From: an uncultured virus (IMG/VR IMGVR_UViG_3300044731_000312)
Taxonomy: Duplodnaviria > Heunggongvirae > Uroviricota > Caudoviricetes
Virus record (IMG/VR): IMGVR_UViG_3300044731_000312
Length of the DNA stretch: 64,000 nt
Strand: one strand, 5' to 3'
Part shown: positions 9,133-17,348 of the stretch, one piece after another
How positions within the stretch are numbered: the first letter of the stretch is position 1
Layout of the letters: each line of letters starts with the position of its first letter
Notes under the pieces: model-generated
The model's database searches: none
Seen by the model: the letters and a program-made list of their open reading frames with translations, nothing else
What the model was told of the DNA's origin: nothing
Position numbers and translations under genes: made by a program

Positions 9133-9939
9133 TTATTCGTTGTTTGATACTTTGGACAGGTACAAAGCTTTTATGCGCTCTATTTCAATTTCAGATGGTA
9201 GCTCCTTCTGGTACAATTCGACCACCTGCTTTGGCAATCCTGCGGGCTTTGTGCGGATCGCAATCTGCGGATCAGATTCTTTGCCAAACTTGCCCTTATT
9301 CCTGTTCCAATTCCTCGCCGTTGCCTTCCAATCCTTCATCGCATTCTTACCCACCTTCCATCCGTTAGCCGTGTAATGGTCGTAGAATTTGTGCGCCTCA
9401 TCGGCTGTGCTGCCTAGCTCAATGAAGTAGTCAAGGATTTCTTGACAACTTGGTCGCGTGAATGCGCGAGAGCGCATACTCACACTATCTTTATCTTCTT
9501 CTTCTATTCTTTCTTTCTTACCTTCTTTATATTCTTTACTTCTTATGATAGTGTTAGGCGTGTGTTGATCGTGTGTTAACCGTGTGTTAGGCGTGTGTTG
9601 ATCGTTGTTTTCACGTCCTTGTAAGTCTTCATAATTCAATATCTTAAGCCGTGTTGCCGCTGTGTTGCTTTTGACGCTTATCATGCCGTCATTTTCTGCG
9701 TACTTGAGAAAGGTTTTCACGATTTGCACCGTAGTTCCTGCCCCTTCTGCTAGTGATCGGTAGCTAGTTAACATCTCCCCGCGCTCTATTGTGACAAACT
9801 GACCATTGACCAACGCCTTGCTTGGTTTCCAGTTTGCAGCAATCAAAATATAGACCCAAATCTTTAGGTATTCTGGCCTTTGCTTAAATACCCAGTTCTC
9901 TAATATCTTACGATGTAGCTTAATCCACGAGTTTTCCAT
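9133..9939 (-). CDS. Phage replication initiator/replisome organiser (likely start MENSWIK at 9939)
   Basis: WIKLHRK N-terminus, internal iterons, C-terminal FYDHY..NGWKVGKN.MKDWKA. Confidence 0.8.
   Translation of the reverse strand: MENSWIKLHRKILENWVFKQRPEYLKIWVYILIAANWKPSKALVNGQFVTIERGEMLTSYRSLAEGAGTTVQIVKTFLKYAENDGMISVKSNTAATRLKILNYEDLQGRENNDQHTPNTRLTHDQHTPNTIIRSKEYKEGKKERIEEEDKDSVSMRSRAFTRPSCQEILDYFIELGSTADEAHKFYDHYTANGWKVGKNAMKDWKATARNWNRNKGKFGKESDPQIAIRTKPAGLPKQVVELYQKELPSEIEIERIKALYLSKVSNNE
9490..9603. repeat. Putative origin: five 11-bp iterons GTGTGTT(AGGC/GATC/AACC) plus adjacent pyrimidine/AT-rich tract
   Basis: Repeat units at 9549 (degenerate), 9560, 9571, 9582 and 9593 inside the initiator gene, as in lambda O/ori. 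Confidence 0.75.
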
Positions 9940-9953
9940 ACCATAAATAGGAA

Positions 9954-10035
9954 ACCCAGATGCTAGCTGATTTTCCTCGGTCATGAATGAACCGCCCGCA
10001 CCGTCTCCGGTGAAGGAATCTTCTAGCATCTGGGT
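9954..10035 (-). ncRNA. Structured leader (three-way junction) upstream of the initiator
   Basis: Perfect 13-bp arms ACCCAGATGCTAG/CTAGCATCTGGGT enclosing CACCG-GAGA-CGGTG and a second hairpin. Confidence 0.6.
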
Positions 10036-10131
10036 CGTATTGTCTATGTTGTTGTTCATGTTTAGGAATTAGCAATCTATGGCACTTACGCCATAATTGG
10101 ATGATATTTCTCTGCGCGCGTTATCAACGTG

Positions 10132-10719
10132 TCACAACTTCCGCAGCCATACTTGCCAGTTCTTTGCTAGCAGCTCGTATTCGCCGTCGTGTACTTCTAG
10201 GAACGTGTCAATCCCCTGCTTTGGATTATGTGCCGTCCCCTTGCCCCCATCCCATTGATAGTCATCAAAGGCAAGGATGCCGCCTTGCTTAAGATACTTC
10301 CAGCCCTTTGCGCCGTCTTTCCATACCTGATCTGCGGTATGGTCGCCATCGATGTAGATAAAGTCGAACTGATTGCGATCTAGCATGTTGGCATAGCTAT
10401 CGAAGAACCTATCCGACGTCATACGGAAGTATCGGCACTTCATGTATGCACGCAGCCCGATGCGCGATAGGTACGTGTCAAAAACATCTACCCAGTCAAA
10501 CAGCTTGTGCTCTGCTTCGTCGCTGCCCTGCCATGTGTCCACGTCGTACAGCATCACTTTGTTACCTGTTAGCATATACCGTAGCAGCCAATCGCTTGCG
10601 TGACCTACAAATGCGCCGATCTGCAATGCTTGGTAGTTATCGCGGCCTGCTTCTGGCAGCAGAAACTCTGTAAAATTTGCTCGTGCTACCGAGTCAAACC
10701 AGTTCGGGTATTCAGTCAT
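10132..10719 (-). CDS. Class I SAM-dependent methyltransferase (Methyltransf_24-like)
   Basis: LQIGAF.G, VDTWQG, FDFIYIDGDH, GG.LAFDDY. Confidence 0.85.
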   Translation of the reverse strand: MTEYPNWFDSVARANFTEFLLPEAGRDNYQALQIGAFVGHASDWLLRYMLTGNKVMLYDVDTWQGSDEAEHKLFDWVDVFDTYLSRIGLRAYMKCRYFRMTSDRFFDSYANMLDRNQFDFIYIDGDHTADQVWKDGAKGWKYLKQGGILAFDDYQWDGGKGTAHNPKQGIDTFLEVHDGEYELLAKNWQVWLRKL

Positions 10720-10810
10720 CGACCCTCCTATTATGTACGTATATCTCGAGTGCGATATACATCACTAGCAGCACCAAGCTGATCGCTATCCCCCTGTCGA
10801 TTGCGTCCAT
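10712..10810 (-). CDS. 32-aa membrane peptide (not in ORF track)
   Basis: MDAIDRGIAISLVLLVMYIALEIYVHNRRVDD fills the gap, overlapping both neighbours. Confidence 0.55.
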   Translation of the reverse strand: MDAIDRGIAISLVLLVMYIALEIYVHNRRVDD

Positions 10811-11688
10811 TATATATCCTCCCCAAATAAGCTGTTCAATTGTGATACATTGCGAAGGTTGCTGCTTGCCTGTTTGAAGTAGCTTTTTTTAAGCTCAAAC
10901 CCAACAAAGCGACGATTCATTTTTAACGCAACGTGGCCTTCTGATCCAATTCCCATGAAAGGAGATAGCACAAGATCGCCGGGATTGCTCCATAGCTCTA
11001 TGCCGCGCTCAATTACTTGCAACTGCAATGGGCAGATGTGCTTTTCGTCGTCGTGCTCACGGGCCGATGTATACTGCAACGTGTCCGATGGGTTTATGTC
11101 CATCCAAACAGGACTAGCGTAGCGCTGCCACTTGCCTACCGGGAAAGACTCTGGCGTCTTTGTTACCGGCTGCGGATTAGCGCCGGGCTTACGCATCGTA
11201 ATCAGGTAGTCTGGTATGCCCTGCCTAGACATGCAACTATCTTTCTTAAGCTGCTTATAAAGCAGACCGATCGCCTTTGTGCGCTGCATAGCTACAACTG
11301 GATCTTTCCAGATAACCACTTCCGAATGATAGACAAAACCTTCATCTTGGAAGATGCGGATTAGATCGCCGCGAAAGTCACGCAGCCCGATAACTCCGTT
11401 ATGCTGGATCGTGCTTGGTAGCAGCATACAATGAAAGCTAACATCACGGCCCGGTATCATGACTCGGTAGAGCTCTTTTACTAGGTATCTAAACTGCTCG
11501 TAAAACTCATCATCGTTTTGCGTGTTGCCCATGTCAAATGGACTGTCAGAATAAGTATACAAGCTCGCAAATGGAGGGCTGAAGATTGAATAGCCCACCG
11601 TCTCATCTAGGACGTAGTTGCTCAAACCAAGCACACAATCGCCGTTATAGATGTTGAAATTGTCCCCTTGCACATGTTCGTGCTGCAT
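10810..11688 (-). CDS. DNA methyltransferase, N4-C/N6-A beta class
   Basis: FSPPF (motif IV) precedes VLSPFMGIGS (motif I). Confidence 0.85.
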   Translation of the reverse strand: MQHEHVQGDNFNIYNGDCVLGLSNYVLDETVGYSIFSPPFASLYTYSDSPFDMGNTQNDDEFYEQFRYLVKELYRVMIPGRDVSFHCMLLPSTIQHNGVIGLRDFRGDLIRIFQDEGFVYHSEVVIWKDPVVAMQRTKAIGLLYKQLKKDSCMSRQGIPDYLITMRKPGANPQPVTKTPESFPVGKWQRYASPVWMDINPSDTLQYTSAREHDDEKHICPLQLQVIERGIELWSNPGDLVLSPFMGIGSEGHVALKMNRRFVGFELKKSYFKQASSNLRNVSQLNSLFGEDI

Positions 11689-11689
11689 G

Positions 11690-12958
11690 TCAAACCTCTA
11701 CTGATTTAATGTGATCCGCATTCACTTGTTTGCGGTTAAAGTTTACTGAAATGGCGTCATCGCCGTGGTATCTGATCGTGTATACGTTGACTTGATTGCG
11801 CTGCCCGAATCGGTAGCATCTGCGAATAGCTTGGTAGCGTTGTTCGTATGAGTGCGACAACGATGAAAAAACCATGTTGCTGCATTGTTGCCAGTTCATA
11901 CCGAAGCCCGCAATAGATGGCTTGGTAATAAGCACTCGTATCTTATCAGCTGCAAAGTCCATCATTGCAGTTTCTTTATGCTCTGGCTTATCTGATCCAC
12001 GTATCTCAACGGCTTCTGGTATCAACTTGCGTATGCTATCAGCTTCGTAGTTGTTCTCAACCCACACAAGCCATTGATTATCGTTACCGTTTACTATTTC
12101 TGCCACTTTGTTCGCTATGTCTTCATCGTATTTACGCTTTTGATGGCGCTGCTCTGATAATGAGATAGCAACTTGCTCAAATAGAGTTTCATCTGGTCGC
12201 TGCGTGTCGATTTGCACTTGCACTTCGTTGAGCTGCGGGAGCTGGAATCCCTCAATGCTATCACCAAGATCGCTCGGATTGTTGATGTTGATGCTCCATT
12301 CGTTTAGCCATCGCTTGAAGTCTTTAACAGCATGCTTTTTTAGCCGCCATTTGGACGTATCGCCGCCGTCGTGAACGAAGTAGTTAGCAAGCATTTCCGT
12401 ATGCGTGCAAATGCTTAAGAACTCTGCTTGCGTTCCAAACTCTACAAAGTCATTCGGGGCTGGTGTTGCAGTAGCTGATAGCCGGTATGGTATCGATTTT
12501 GCAAAGCTAGTAATCTCATTACGTAGTTTGCCGGCGTAATTCTTTAATATGCTGCTCTCATCAAGTACGATGCCAGCAAACTTGCCCGCGTGGTACTTAT
12601 CGATGTGCTCATAGTTTGTGATTGTGATCCGCTCGTAGCTACCATCTCGCGAATGATATACATCTATGCCAAACTTTGCACCTTCGCGCACGGTCTGTGC
12701 TGCTACTGCAAGCGGTGCAAGTATTAGTACCGGCTTTCCTGTGTGCTTTGCTATTTGATCTGCCCATACTAGCTGCATAGGTGTTTTGCCTAGGCCGCAT
12801 TCTGCAAAGATCGCAAAGCGTCCGCGCTTAAGTGCTTTTGATACAATTGTTTTTTGATAGGCAAACAAGAAAGACGGGAGATCGTTTACGTCAAATCCTG
12901 CATCGTCTATCGTCTTCTTTTTGCTTTGTATGAAAGCAAGATACCCCTGTGAGTCCAT
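11690..12958 (-). CDS. SF2 (SNF2-like) helicase
   Basis: GLGKT, LDESS, SATATP, GFGMNWQ, QAIRRCYRFGQ. Confidence 0.88.
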   Translation of the reverse strand: MDSQGYLAFIQSKKKTIDDAGFDVNDLPSFLFAYQKTIVSKALKRGRFAIFAECGLGKTPMQLVWADQIAKHTGKPVLILAPLAVAAQTVREGAKFGIDVYHSRDGSYERITITNYEHIDKYHAGKFAGIVLDESSILKNYAGKLRNEITSFAKSIPYRLSATATPAPNDFVEFGTQAEFLSICTHTEMLANYFVHDGGDTSKWRLKKHAVKDFKRWLNEWSININNPSDLGDSIEGFQLPQLNEVQVQIDTQRPDETLFEQVAISLSEQRHQKRKYDEDIANKVAEIVNGNDNQWLVWVENNYEADSIRKLIPEAVEIRGSDKPEHKETAMMDFAADKIRVLITKPSIAGFGMNWQQCSNMVFSSLSHSYEQRYQAIRRCYRFGQRNQVNVYTIRYHGDDAISVNFNRKQVNADHIKSVEV

Positions 12959-12963
12959 TTTGA

Positions 12964-13269
12964 CTAGTCCTCCTTCAATACGTTAAGTCGTGGTAAATCC
13001 GCTCCGATTATGTTGCACGCATCATCTATCGACCGTGCAACGCCGTACTGGCCCCTCCAATGCGCTGCGAACTCGTACTGATCTTCTGTTAGCTTGCCTT
13101 TGGCCTGCTTCACTTCGATCATGTAATTGCGTCCGCGCCATCCTACCACAAGATCGGGGAAGCCCTGACCGACTGCGCTCATAACAGCGACTGACGCCCC
13201 AATCTTGCGTAGATATGTGACTATCTCTTTCTGGTTTATGTCCACCTTTGCTGCCCTCTTCATACTCAA
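12964..13269 (-). CDS. VRR-NUC/PD-(D/E)XK nuclease (resolvase-like)
   Basis: G.PDL, IEVK, LT.DQ. Confidence 0.8.
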   Translation of the reverse strand: MSMKRAAKVDINQKEIVTYLRKIGASVAVMSAVGQGFPDLVVGWRGRNYMIEVKQAKGKLTEDQYEFAAHWRGQYGVARSIDDACNIIGADLPRLNVLKED

Positions 13270-13613
13270 AAGGGAAGATCAGTAGGTTCAGCGATAACAG
13301 TTGCCTTGCTTGCCGGTGCGCCTTCGCCTAGCTTGTCGATCTTCCAGCAATCGAGCGATGTAAACCACCCCATACCGCCTTCGCGCTTGTTGTAACCGCG
13401 TCCGCGCAAGTTTACTCGGGCTGTTACGGTGTCACCCACCTTAAAGCGGTCTAGCTCCTTGCACTTGTCTTGCGTAAACTGGCACTCCAGTTCCTGCGGG
13501 TATTCCGATTGCGTCTTGACTACGAAAGATCGCTTCTGGAATGTGTCTTTTACCTGCTGCGTCTGCCCAATGTGGATCAGCTCGCCCGTGATGTTGATTG
13601 CGTCGCTACTCAT
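13266..13613 (-). CDS. DUF3127-like single-stranded DNA-binding protein
   Basis: F.KR.FVV, YPQ, NLRGR, F.SL..WKI, acidic DLPF tail. Confidence 0.8.
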   Translation of the reverse strand: MSSDAINITGELIHIGQTQQVKDTFQKRSFVVKTQSEYPQELECQFTQDKCKELDRFKVGDTVTARVNLRGRGYNKREGGMGWFTSLDCWKIDKLGEGAPASKATVIAEPTDLPF

Positions 13614-13810
13614 CGTGTGCCCTTCTTGCGCATCTTCTGCGCTATTTGTGAAAGTATATCTAGCGCGGCTTTGTATTCCGCTGCATCTCTGCTCATGTTT
13701 GCTTCGTATTCGTAGATACCGGCACGTTCATGCCATTCTACAAGCTGATCGTCATCGAACCTGCTTATCAGGTGGATAACGAAGTCTGGGTCTGTTTGTT
13801 CTTGGTACAT
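13610..13810 (-). CDS. Small phage protein (ERAGI.EYE...SR..AE motif)
   Basis: Recurrent phage motif; stop overlaps the SSB start. Confidence 0.65.
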   Translation of the reverse strand: MYQEQTDPDFVIHLISRFDDDQLVEWHERAGIYEYEANMSRDAAEYKAALDILSQIAQKMRKKGTR

Positions 13811-13827
13811 GTTATGCCCTATATTCG
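13795..13827 (+). promoter_or_regulatory. Antisense-strand Bacteroidota-type promoter
   Basis: TTTG(13795-98)-N21-TATATTCG(13820-27) versus consensus TTTG-N19-21-TAnnTTTG. Confidence 0.55.
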
Positions 13828-13830
13828 TTT

Positions 13831-13907
13831 ACCCCTTGTAAGTGAGTGCGTGACTCCTTGCTCCCTCCGTGGGCCGTCAGACGAAAATCTGGCGGCTCTT
13901 TTATTTT
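13831..13907 (+). ncRNA. Candidate multi-target anti-RBS small RNA
   Basis: Lies between a + strand promoter and a + strand terminator; contains CCCCTTGTAA, TGACTCCTTG and CCCTCCGTG, complementary to RBS regions of several minus-strand genes. Confidence 0.6.
13871..13907 (+). terminator. Intrinsic terminator on the + strand
   Basis: GGGCCGTCAGA-CGAAAA-TCTGGCGGCTC-TTTTATTTT; two G-U pairs work only on +. Confidence 0.8.
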
Positions 13908-14269
13908 ACCCATTCGCCCAATGTGTTTTCATAGCCGAAGACTGTGGTAGACAGAGGGTAACGTGCAAGCACCGCTGATACGTCTTTGCCTACCGCCCCG
14001 CGCACCTTTGTGTTGTGTGCATCTTTGAGCTTTGCTTGGTCTACTATCTCTTCTACTATCTTGACTATCTCACGTTCTGCGGGCATGTTTGATAGTCGCT
14101 CAATTATGAATGCAATATACTCCTTTGCTGCCGCTATTGCATCCTGTTCATTGATAGCATCGTTTACTATAAACTGCTTACGGTATCTACCGCCGCGTTG
14201 CGCCTGTACGGATGCTCGGATAGCTACTACCTTGCCGCTGATACTCACTCGCTCTATACGCTGCTTCAT
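13901..14269 (-). CDS. Hypothetical, possibly AP2-like DNA-binding (start MKQRIE)
   Basis: ATGA overlap with upstream gene; weak resemblance to 45862..46365. Confidence 0.55.
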   Translation of the reverse strand: MKQRIERVSISGKVVAIRASVQAQRGGRYRKQFIVNDAINEQDAIAAAKEYIAFIIERLSNMPAEREIVKIVEEIVDQAKLKDAHNTKVRGAVGKDVSAVLARYPLSTTVFGYENTLGEWVK

Positions 14270-14406
14270 ACGATCCCCACTAGCCAAAGGAAGAAGTAGA
14301 GCATACAGGCAAAAGCAATGATGCAAGTTAGAGCCACAAAGAACAGGATCAGTACCATAGCATCGGCGGCGAAGCGTGCTAGGTCGATGTCGCTATGCTT
14401 GCTCAT
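14266..14406 (-). CDS. Small membrane protein (start MSKHS)
   Basis: Long hydrophobic stretch; AAAGGGGG upstream. Confidence 0.55.
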   Translation of the reverse strand: MSKHSDIDLARFAADAMVLILFFVALTCIIAFACMLYFFLWLVGIV

Positions 14407-14596
14407 GCTTGCCCCCTTTGTGCGGCTTGTAGTTAGCGCAGTAGAAGGTATCAGGATCATCCAGTTCTATCTCTAGCACGTCGCAGAATGCGTATTGTAC
14501 AGAGATGGTATAGAATCCTTCGTAGCTCAACTGATCGCGCTCGTATTCTTTTAATCGGCTGCATGTTCTGCATGTGCCGTGCTTGTTATCGTGCAT
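14393..14596 (-). CDS. Small Cys-rich protein
   Basis: CxxC...C...C; AAGGAG RBS. Confidence 0.6.
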   Translation of the reverse strand: MHDNKHGTCRTCSRLKEYERDQLSYEGFYTISVQYAFCDVLEIELDDPDTFYCANYKPHKGGKHEQA

Positions 14597-14714
14597 TGTT
14601 TACTCCTTGTGTTAAAAGTAGGGGCTTTGGCTTCCCAACCTCCGCCCCTGTCCCAAACCTATACCACGTCGTGGTACTTGCACAACCGACATCGCAGGGG
14701 CATTCCCTGCTCTG
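14597..14714 (-). ncRNA. Conserved intergenic structured RNA/attenuator
   Basis: Shares hairpin GCAGGG.ATGCCCCTGC, TGTCGGT, GTTTGG.ACA and a terminal hairpin with 45732-45861. Confidence 0.65.
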
Positions 14715-15134
14715 TTAGTTGTAATTCAGACCGCTCTTTGCGGCCTTTGCTTTCATGCGCTCATGGTAAGCGATAAACTTTTCGAGGAACTCGTGTGCTG
14801 ATAGCTTGTCGTCAAAGGATTTCGTAATCATCTTTGTGTTCTCGGTCAAACAGACTCTCCATTTTGGATGTCTTGATACTACCGATAGCCAGTTGCGATA
14901 ATCGCCGTATGTTTTCCTCATACGTTCTATGCCATCGAATCCGCCGCACTTTGCATAGAATTGCTCTAATGTGATTGCTCTGAACATGTATTGACTGTCA
15001 GATAGCACGCTTGTACGTCTTTGGCGTACCGGCTGCTGGTATGCTCTGCCTACCGTCTTTTTTACCGTCTTTTTTACCGTCTTTTCTACCGACTCAATAC
15101 CGAGCCAGCGACGTAAGAATGATCTGATACCCAT
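14715..15134 (-). CDS. Hypothetical early protein with KTV repeats
   Basis: ORF; 12-bp tandem repeat at ~15051-15090; weak similarity to 47011..47508. Confidence 0.6.
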   Translation of the reverse strand: MGIRSFLRRWLGIESVEKTVKKTVKKTVGRAYQQPVRQRRTSVLSDSQYMFRAITLEQFYAKCGGFDGIERMRKTYGDYRNWLSVVSRHPKWRVCLTENTKMITKSFDDKLSAHEFLEKFIAYHERMKAKAAKSGLNYN

Positions 15135-15349
15135 TACTGCTCTCCTTCCGTTGGCTTATAGGTTAGTTTTTCCAGCATTACCAAAGCTGGGTTGTTTTCT
15201 TCACAGTCTTCGTAAGCATCATTCAGCAATCGCATGATCTGGTTTGCAACTTGCATCGTCGGTAGGCAGTCCGCTACGCAGATGTCAGCATCAAGATCGA
15301 CAACGGAGTAGAATCCGCTGGGCTGCTTCCATGTTCCTAGCTTTCTCAT
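15134..15349 (-). CDS. Hypothetical protein
   Basis: Coupled ORF with AAGGAG RBS. Confidence 0.6.
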   Translation of the reverse strand: MRKLGTWKQPSGFYSVVDLDADICVADCLPTMQVANQIMRLLNDAYEDCEENNPALVMLEKLTYKPTEGEQ

Positions 15350-15588
15350 CGCTTGACTCCTTTTATATCGACTATCGCAATATTCAGGTTTGCAAATGTT
15401 GCCCTCAATTCTTTTTGCATTGCTTCAGATTGCGTTGCTATTATTTCTTCACATTGCACAACGTAATACAATGCTTCAAGTGCTTGATCAGATGCAATAA
15501 GTAGTTTTTGTAATTGTTCGTACTCTACATATTTGCCTTCTGAATCAACAGTAGATATCGCTACTGCGCTCATTGAGTATCTTCTCAT
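15346..15588 (-). CDS. Hypothetical protein (start MRRYS)
   Basis: ATGA overlap; GGAGG RBS. Confidence 0.55.
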   Translation of the reverse strand: MRRYSMSAVAISTVDSEGKYVEYEQLQKLLIASDQALEALYYVVQCEEIIATQSEAMQKELRATFANLNIAIVDIKGVKR

Positions 15589-16331
15589 CGCTGCACCTCC
15601 GTATATGCGCCCTTGCTCCAAACTAAATCAAGCTCTTTTGCACGTCGTGCCACGTATTCGCGGATCGGTGCTTTGATGCCTTCGTCTACGCTCTTGATTT
15701 GCATCACAATCGCAGTTAGCTCTTCTGGCCCCGTAGCGGCATCAATAGCCGATAACCATTCCGTGATAGCTTCGTCCTGTTCTGACGTCGTAGCGGGCTT
15801 TATAGGCGGCAATTCGATACGTTCAGCGCCTTGAACTTGCACAACTTCTTCTTCATCAAGCATACCGAGACCGCATGCGCTCAAAATAGCGCGTCGCTTT
15901 GCCTGTGTTGCTGCTTTCTTCATGGCATTGCTTGCCGCATCGCCGCGCATACCGCCAATCGTAACAGCTCCTATGTCCTCGGAGTAGCTGCCCGTTGGTG
16001 TCTCGCATCGTGCCGTTACTACATACTGATCGCCGATGACTTCGCGAGCTACGATAGCCACACGAAGGCCGCGTATAGATGTTAGCTGCGCCGTGCATGT
16101 CTTGTTTGCGTACAACGTGAGCTTGCCTGATAGCTTGATTAGATCAAACGGCTTCTGGTATGGGTCTAATCCCACGCGCTCACATACCAGCTTGTAATAT
16201 TGGATGCGCTGTTCCTGCGACATTGCGGACAGATCGCCGTTTACTACCAGCGTCTCAAACAACGCTGCCGCCTGCGACTCGTTTATTGAAGCTGCGACCG
16301 CCGTGTTAGTCGCTGTTATTGCTTGGCTCAT
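15585..16331 (-). CDS. Single-strand annealing recombinase (RecT/Bet-like)
   Basis: C...GLDP...; NA.KKA.TQAKRRA.L; next to the Gp157-like gene. Confidence 0.7.
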   Translation of the reverse strand: MSQAITATNTAVAASINESQAAALFETLVVNGDLSAMSQEQRIQYYKLVCERVGLDPYQKPFDLIKLSGKLTLYANKTCTAQLTSIRGLRVAIVAREVIGDQYVVTARCETPTGSYSEDIGAVTIGGMRGDAASNAMKKAATQAKRRAILSACGLGMLDEEEVVQVQGAERIELPPIKPATTSEQDEAITEWLSAIDAATGPEELTAIVMQIKSVDEGIKAPIREYVARRAKELDLVWSKGAYTEVQR

Positions 16332-16852
16332 TTTACCTCCAACCTTGTAGTGTTGATTAACCTTGCCCCATCTACCGGCACGCCGTTTTTAAGCGCATCG
16401 GCAATTGCTTTCTTGTCTATCGTAAATGATACCTTTTCTGCCTTGTACTCGCTAGGCACTACCACTTCTTCCAATATCTCTACCTTTGGTGGGTTCTTGC
16501 GTAGCTTTAGCGTGTATAGATCGGTCACAATCTCCTTTAACTCTACCATCTCCATGTGACGCTTTACTGCGTTCTCAAGCCGCTCTGCCCTTGTATTACG
16601 TTCAGTTAGCAATGATTGCAAGCGTTGTATCTCCAGCTTGATTGCTTCCGCTGACATCTTGAGATTAGCCGCGATGTCCATTGCCTGCACAATATACTCA
16701 CGGAAGTTTTCGCCCGCTTCTTCGATTGCATCTTCAAACATTGCCACAATTTCGGGGTCGTCCGTGTGCATCATTTGATTCATTAGATCAGCTAGCTTGT
16801 ACGCCGCTCCGCTGCTACTCGTGAATGTCTGCTTGGTCTCTCGGAAAATCAT
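16328..16852 (-). CDS. Siphovirus Gp157-like protein
   Basis: LRKNPPKVEI, IDKKAI..ALKNG..V.GA.L. Confidence 0.8.
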   Translation of the reverse strand: MIFRETKQTFTSSSGAAYKLADLMNQMMHTDDPEIVAMFEDAIEEAGENFREYIVQAMDIAANLKMSAEAIKLEIQRLQSLLTERNTRAERLENAVKRHMEMVELKEIVTDLYTLKLRKNPPKVEILEEVVVPSEYKAEKVSFTIDKKAIADALKNGVPVDGARLINTTRLEVK

Positions 16853-17085
16853 TGCGTGCCCCCTTGTAATGCTGTGTTAGTAGATGCGTGAGTTGCTTCT
16901 GTGCGCTCCTGTTGTTTGCTTTGGCGTCCTGTAATAAGAGACGATGGATATTCGCCGGCAAACGGATCATCTTGTGCGCTTGCAATTTCGTCATATTCCT
17001 CCCATGTGTAAGTTCGTGTAACTTTATTTGTGTCCATTTCTACTAGGTGCAAATATCGCTTTGTCATGCTCATCTCGACCCCCAC
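16849..17085 (-). CDS. Hypothetical protein
   Basis: Coupled ORF in the early operon; exact start uncertain. Confidence 0.5.
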   Translation of the reverse strand: MGVEMSMTKRYLHLVEMDTNKVTRTYTWEEYDEIASAQDDPFAGEYPSSLITGRQSKQQERTEATHASTNTALQGGTQ

Positions 17086-17291
17086 AACGTAACGGTCTGT
17101 TCTGGCTTGATAATCGGATCAGGTGTTGCAGCTACTGCCAATGCTGACAGCGTGATAGCAAGCAGAGCGATAAGCCCAACGCCAACGATATACAGCTTCT
17201 GCCGATACGACGCGCTCAAGTAAGGAGCCACGCGCCAGTACGTCTTGCCGTCTGCGCTGCGTGTTGTCGTGAATTCAATGCCGATGTTCAT
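17070..17291 (-). CDS. Conserved early single-TM membrane protein
   Basis: Homolog at 49149..49364 (PDP.IKP.QTVTLWG.R). Confidence 0.75.
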   Translation of the reverse strand: MNIGIEFTTTRSADGKTYWRVAPYLSASYRQKLYIVGVGLIALLAITLSALAVAATPDPIIKPEQTVTLWGSR

Positions 17292-17348
17292 GATATTACC
17301 CTTGTAAAAAGTGAATGATTGCAGTGTAGGATGCTGCGCCCCGTGGTT

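Noticed and set aside
9549..9603. Short repeats as a CRISPR array
   Set aside because: 11-bp tandem units without spacers inside the initiator gene; no cas locus (the Cas4-like nuclease in B is a typical phage exonuclease).
10810..12958. Helicase plus methyltransferase as a restriction or defence system
   Set aside because: Common phage early-region pair (often fused) with no linked restriction nuclease; the adjacent VRR-NUC also occurs in B without them.
14597..14714. Known self-cleaving ribozyme
   Set aside because: No hammerhead CUGANGA/GAAA core or other ribozyme consensus that I could recognise.
15051..15090. 12-bp tandem repeat as a regulatory site
   Set aside because: In-frame KTV repeat, most simply a slippage expansion.
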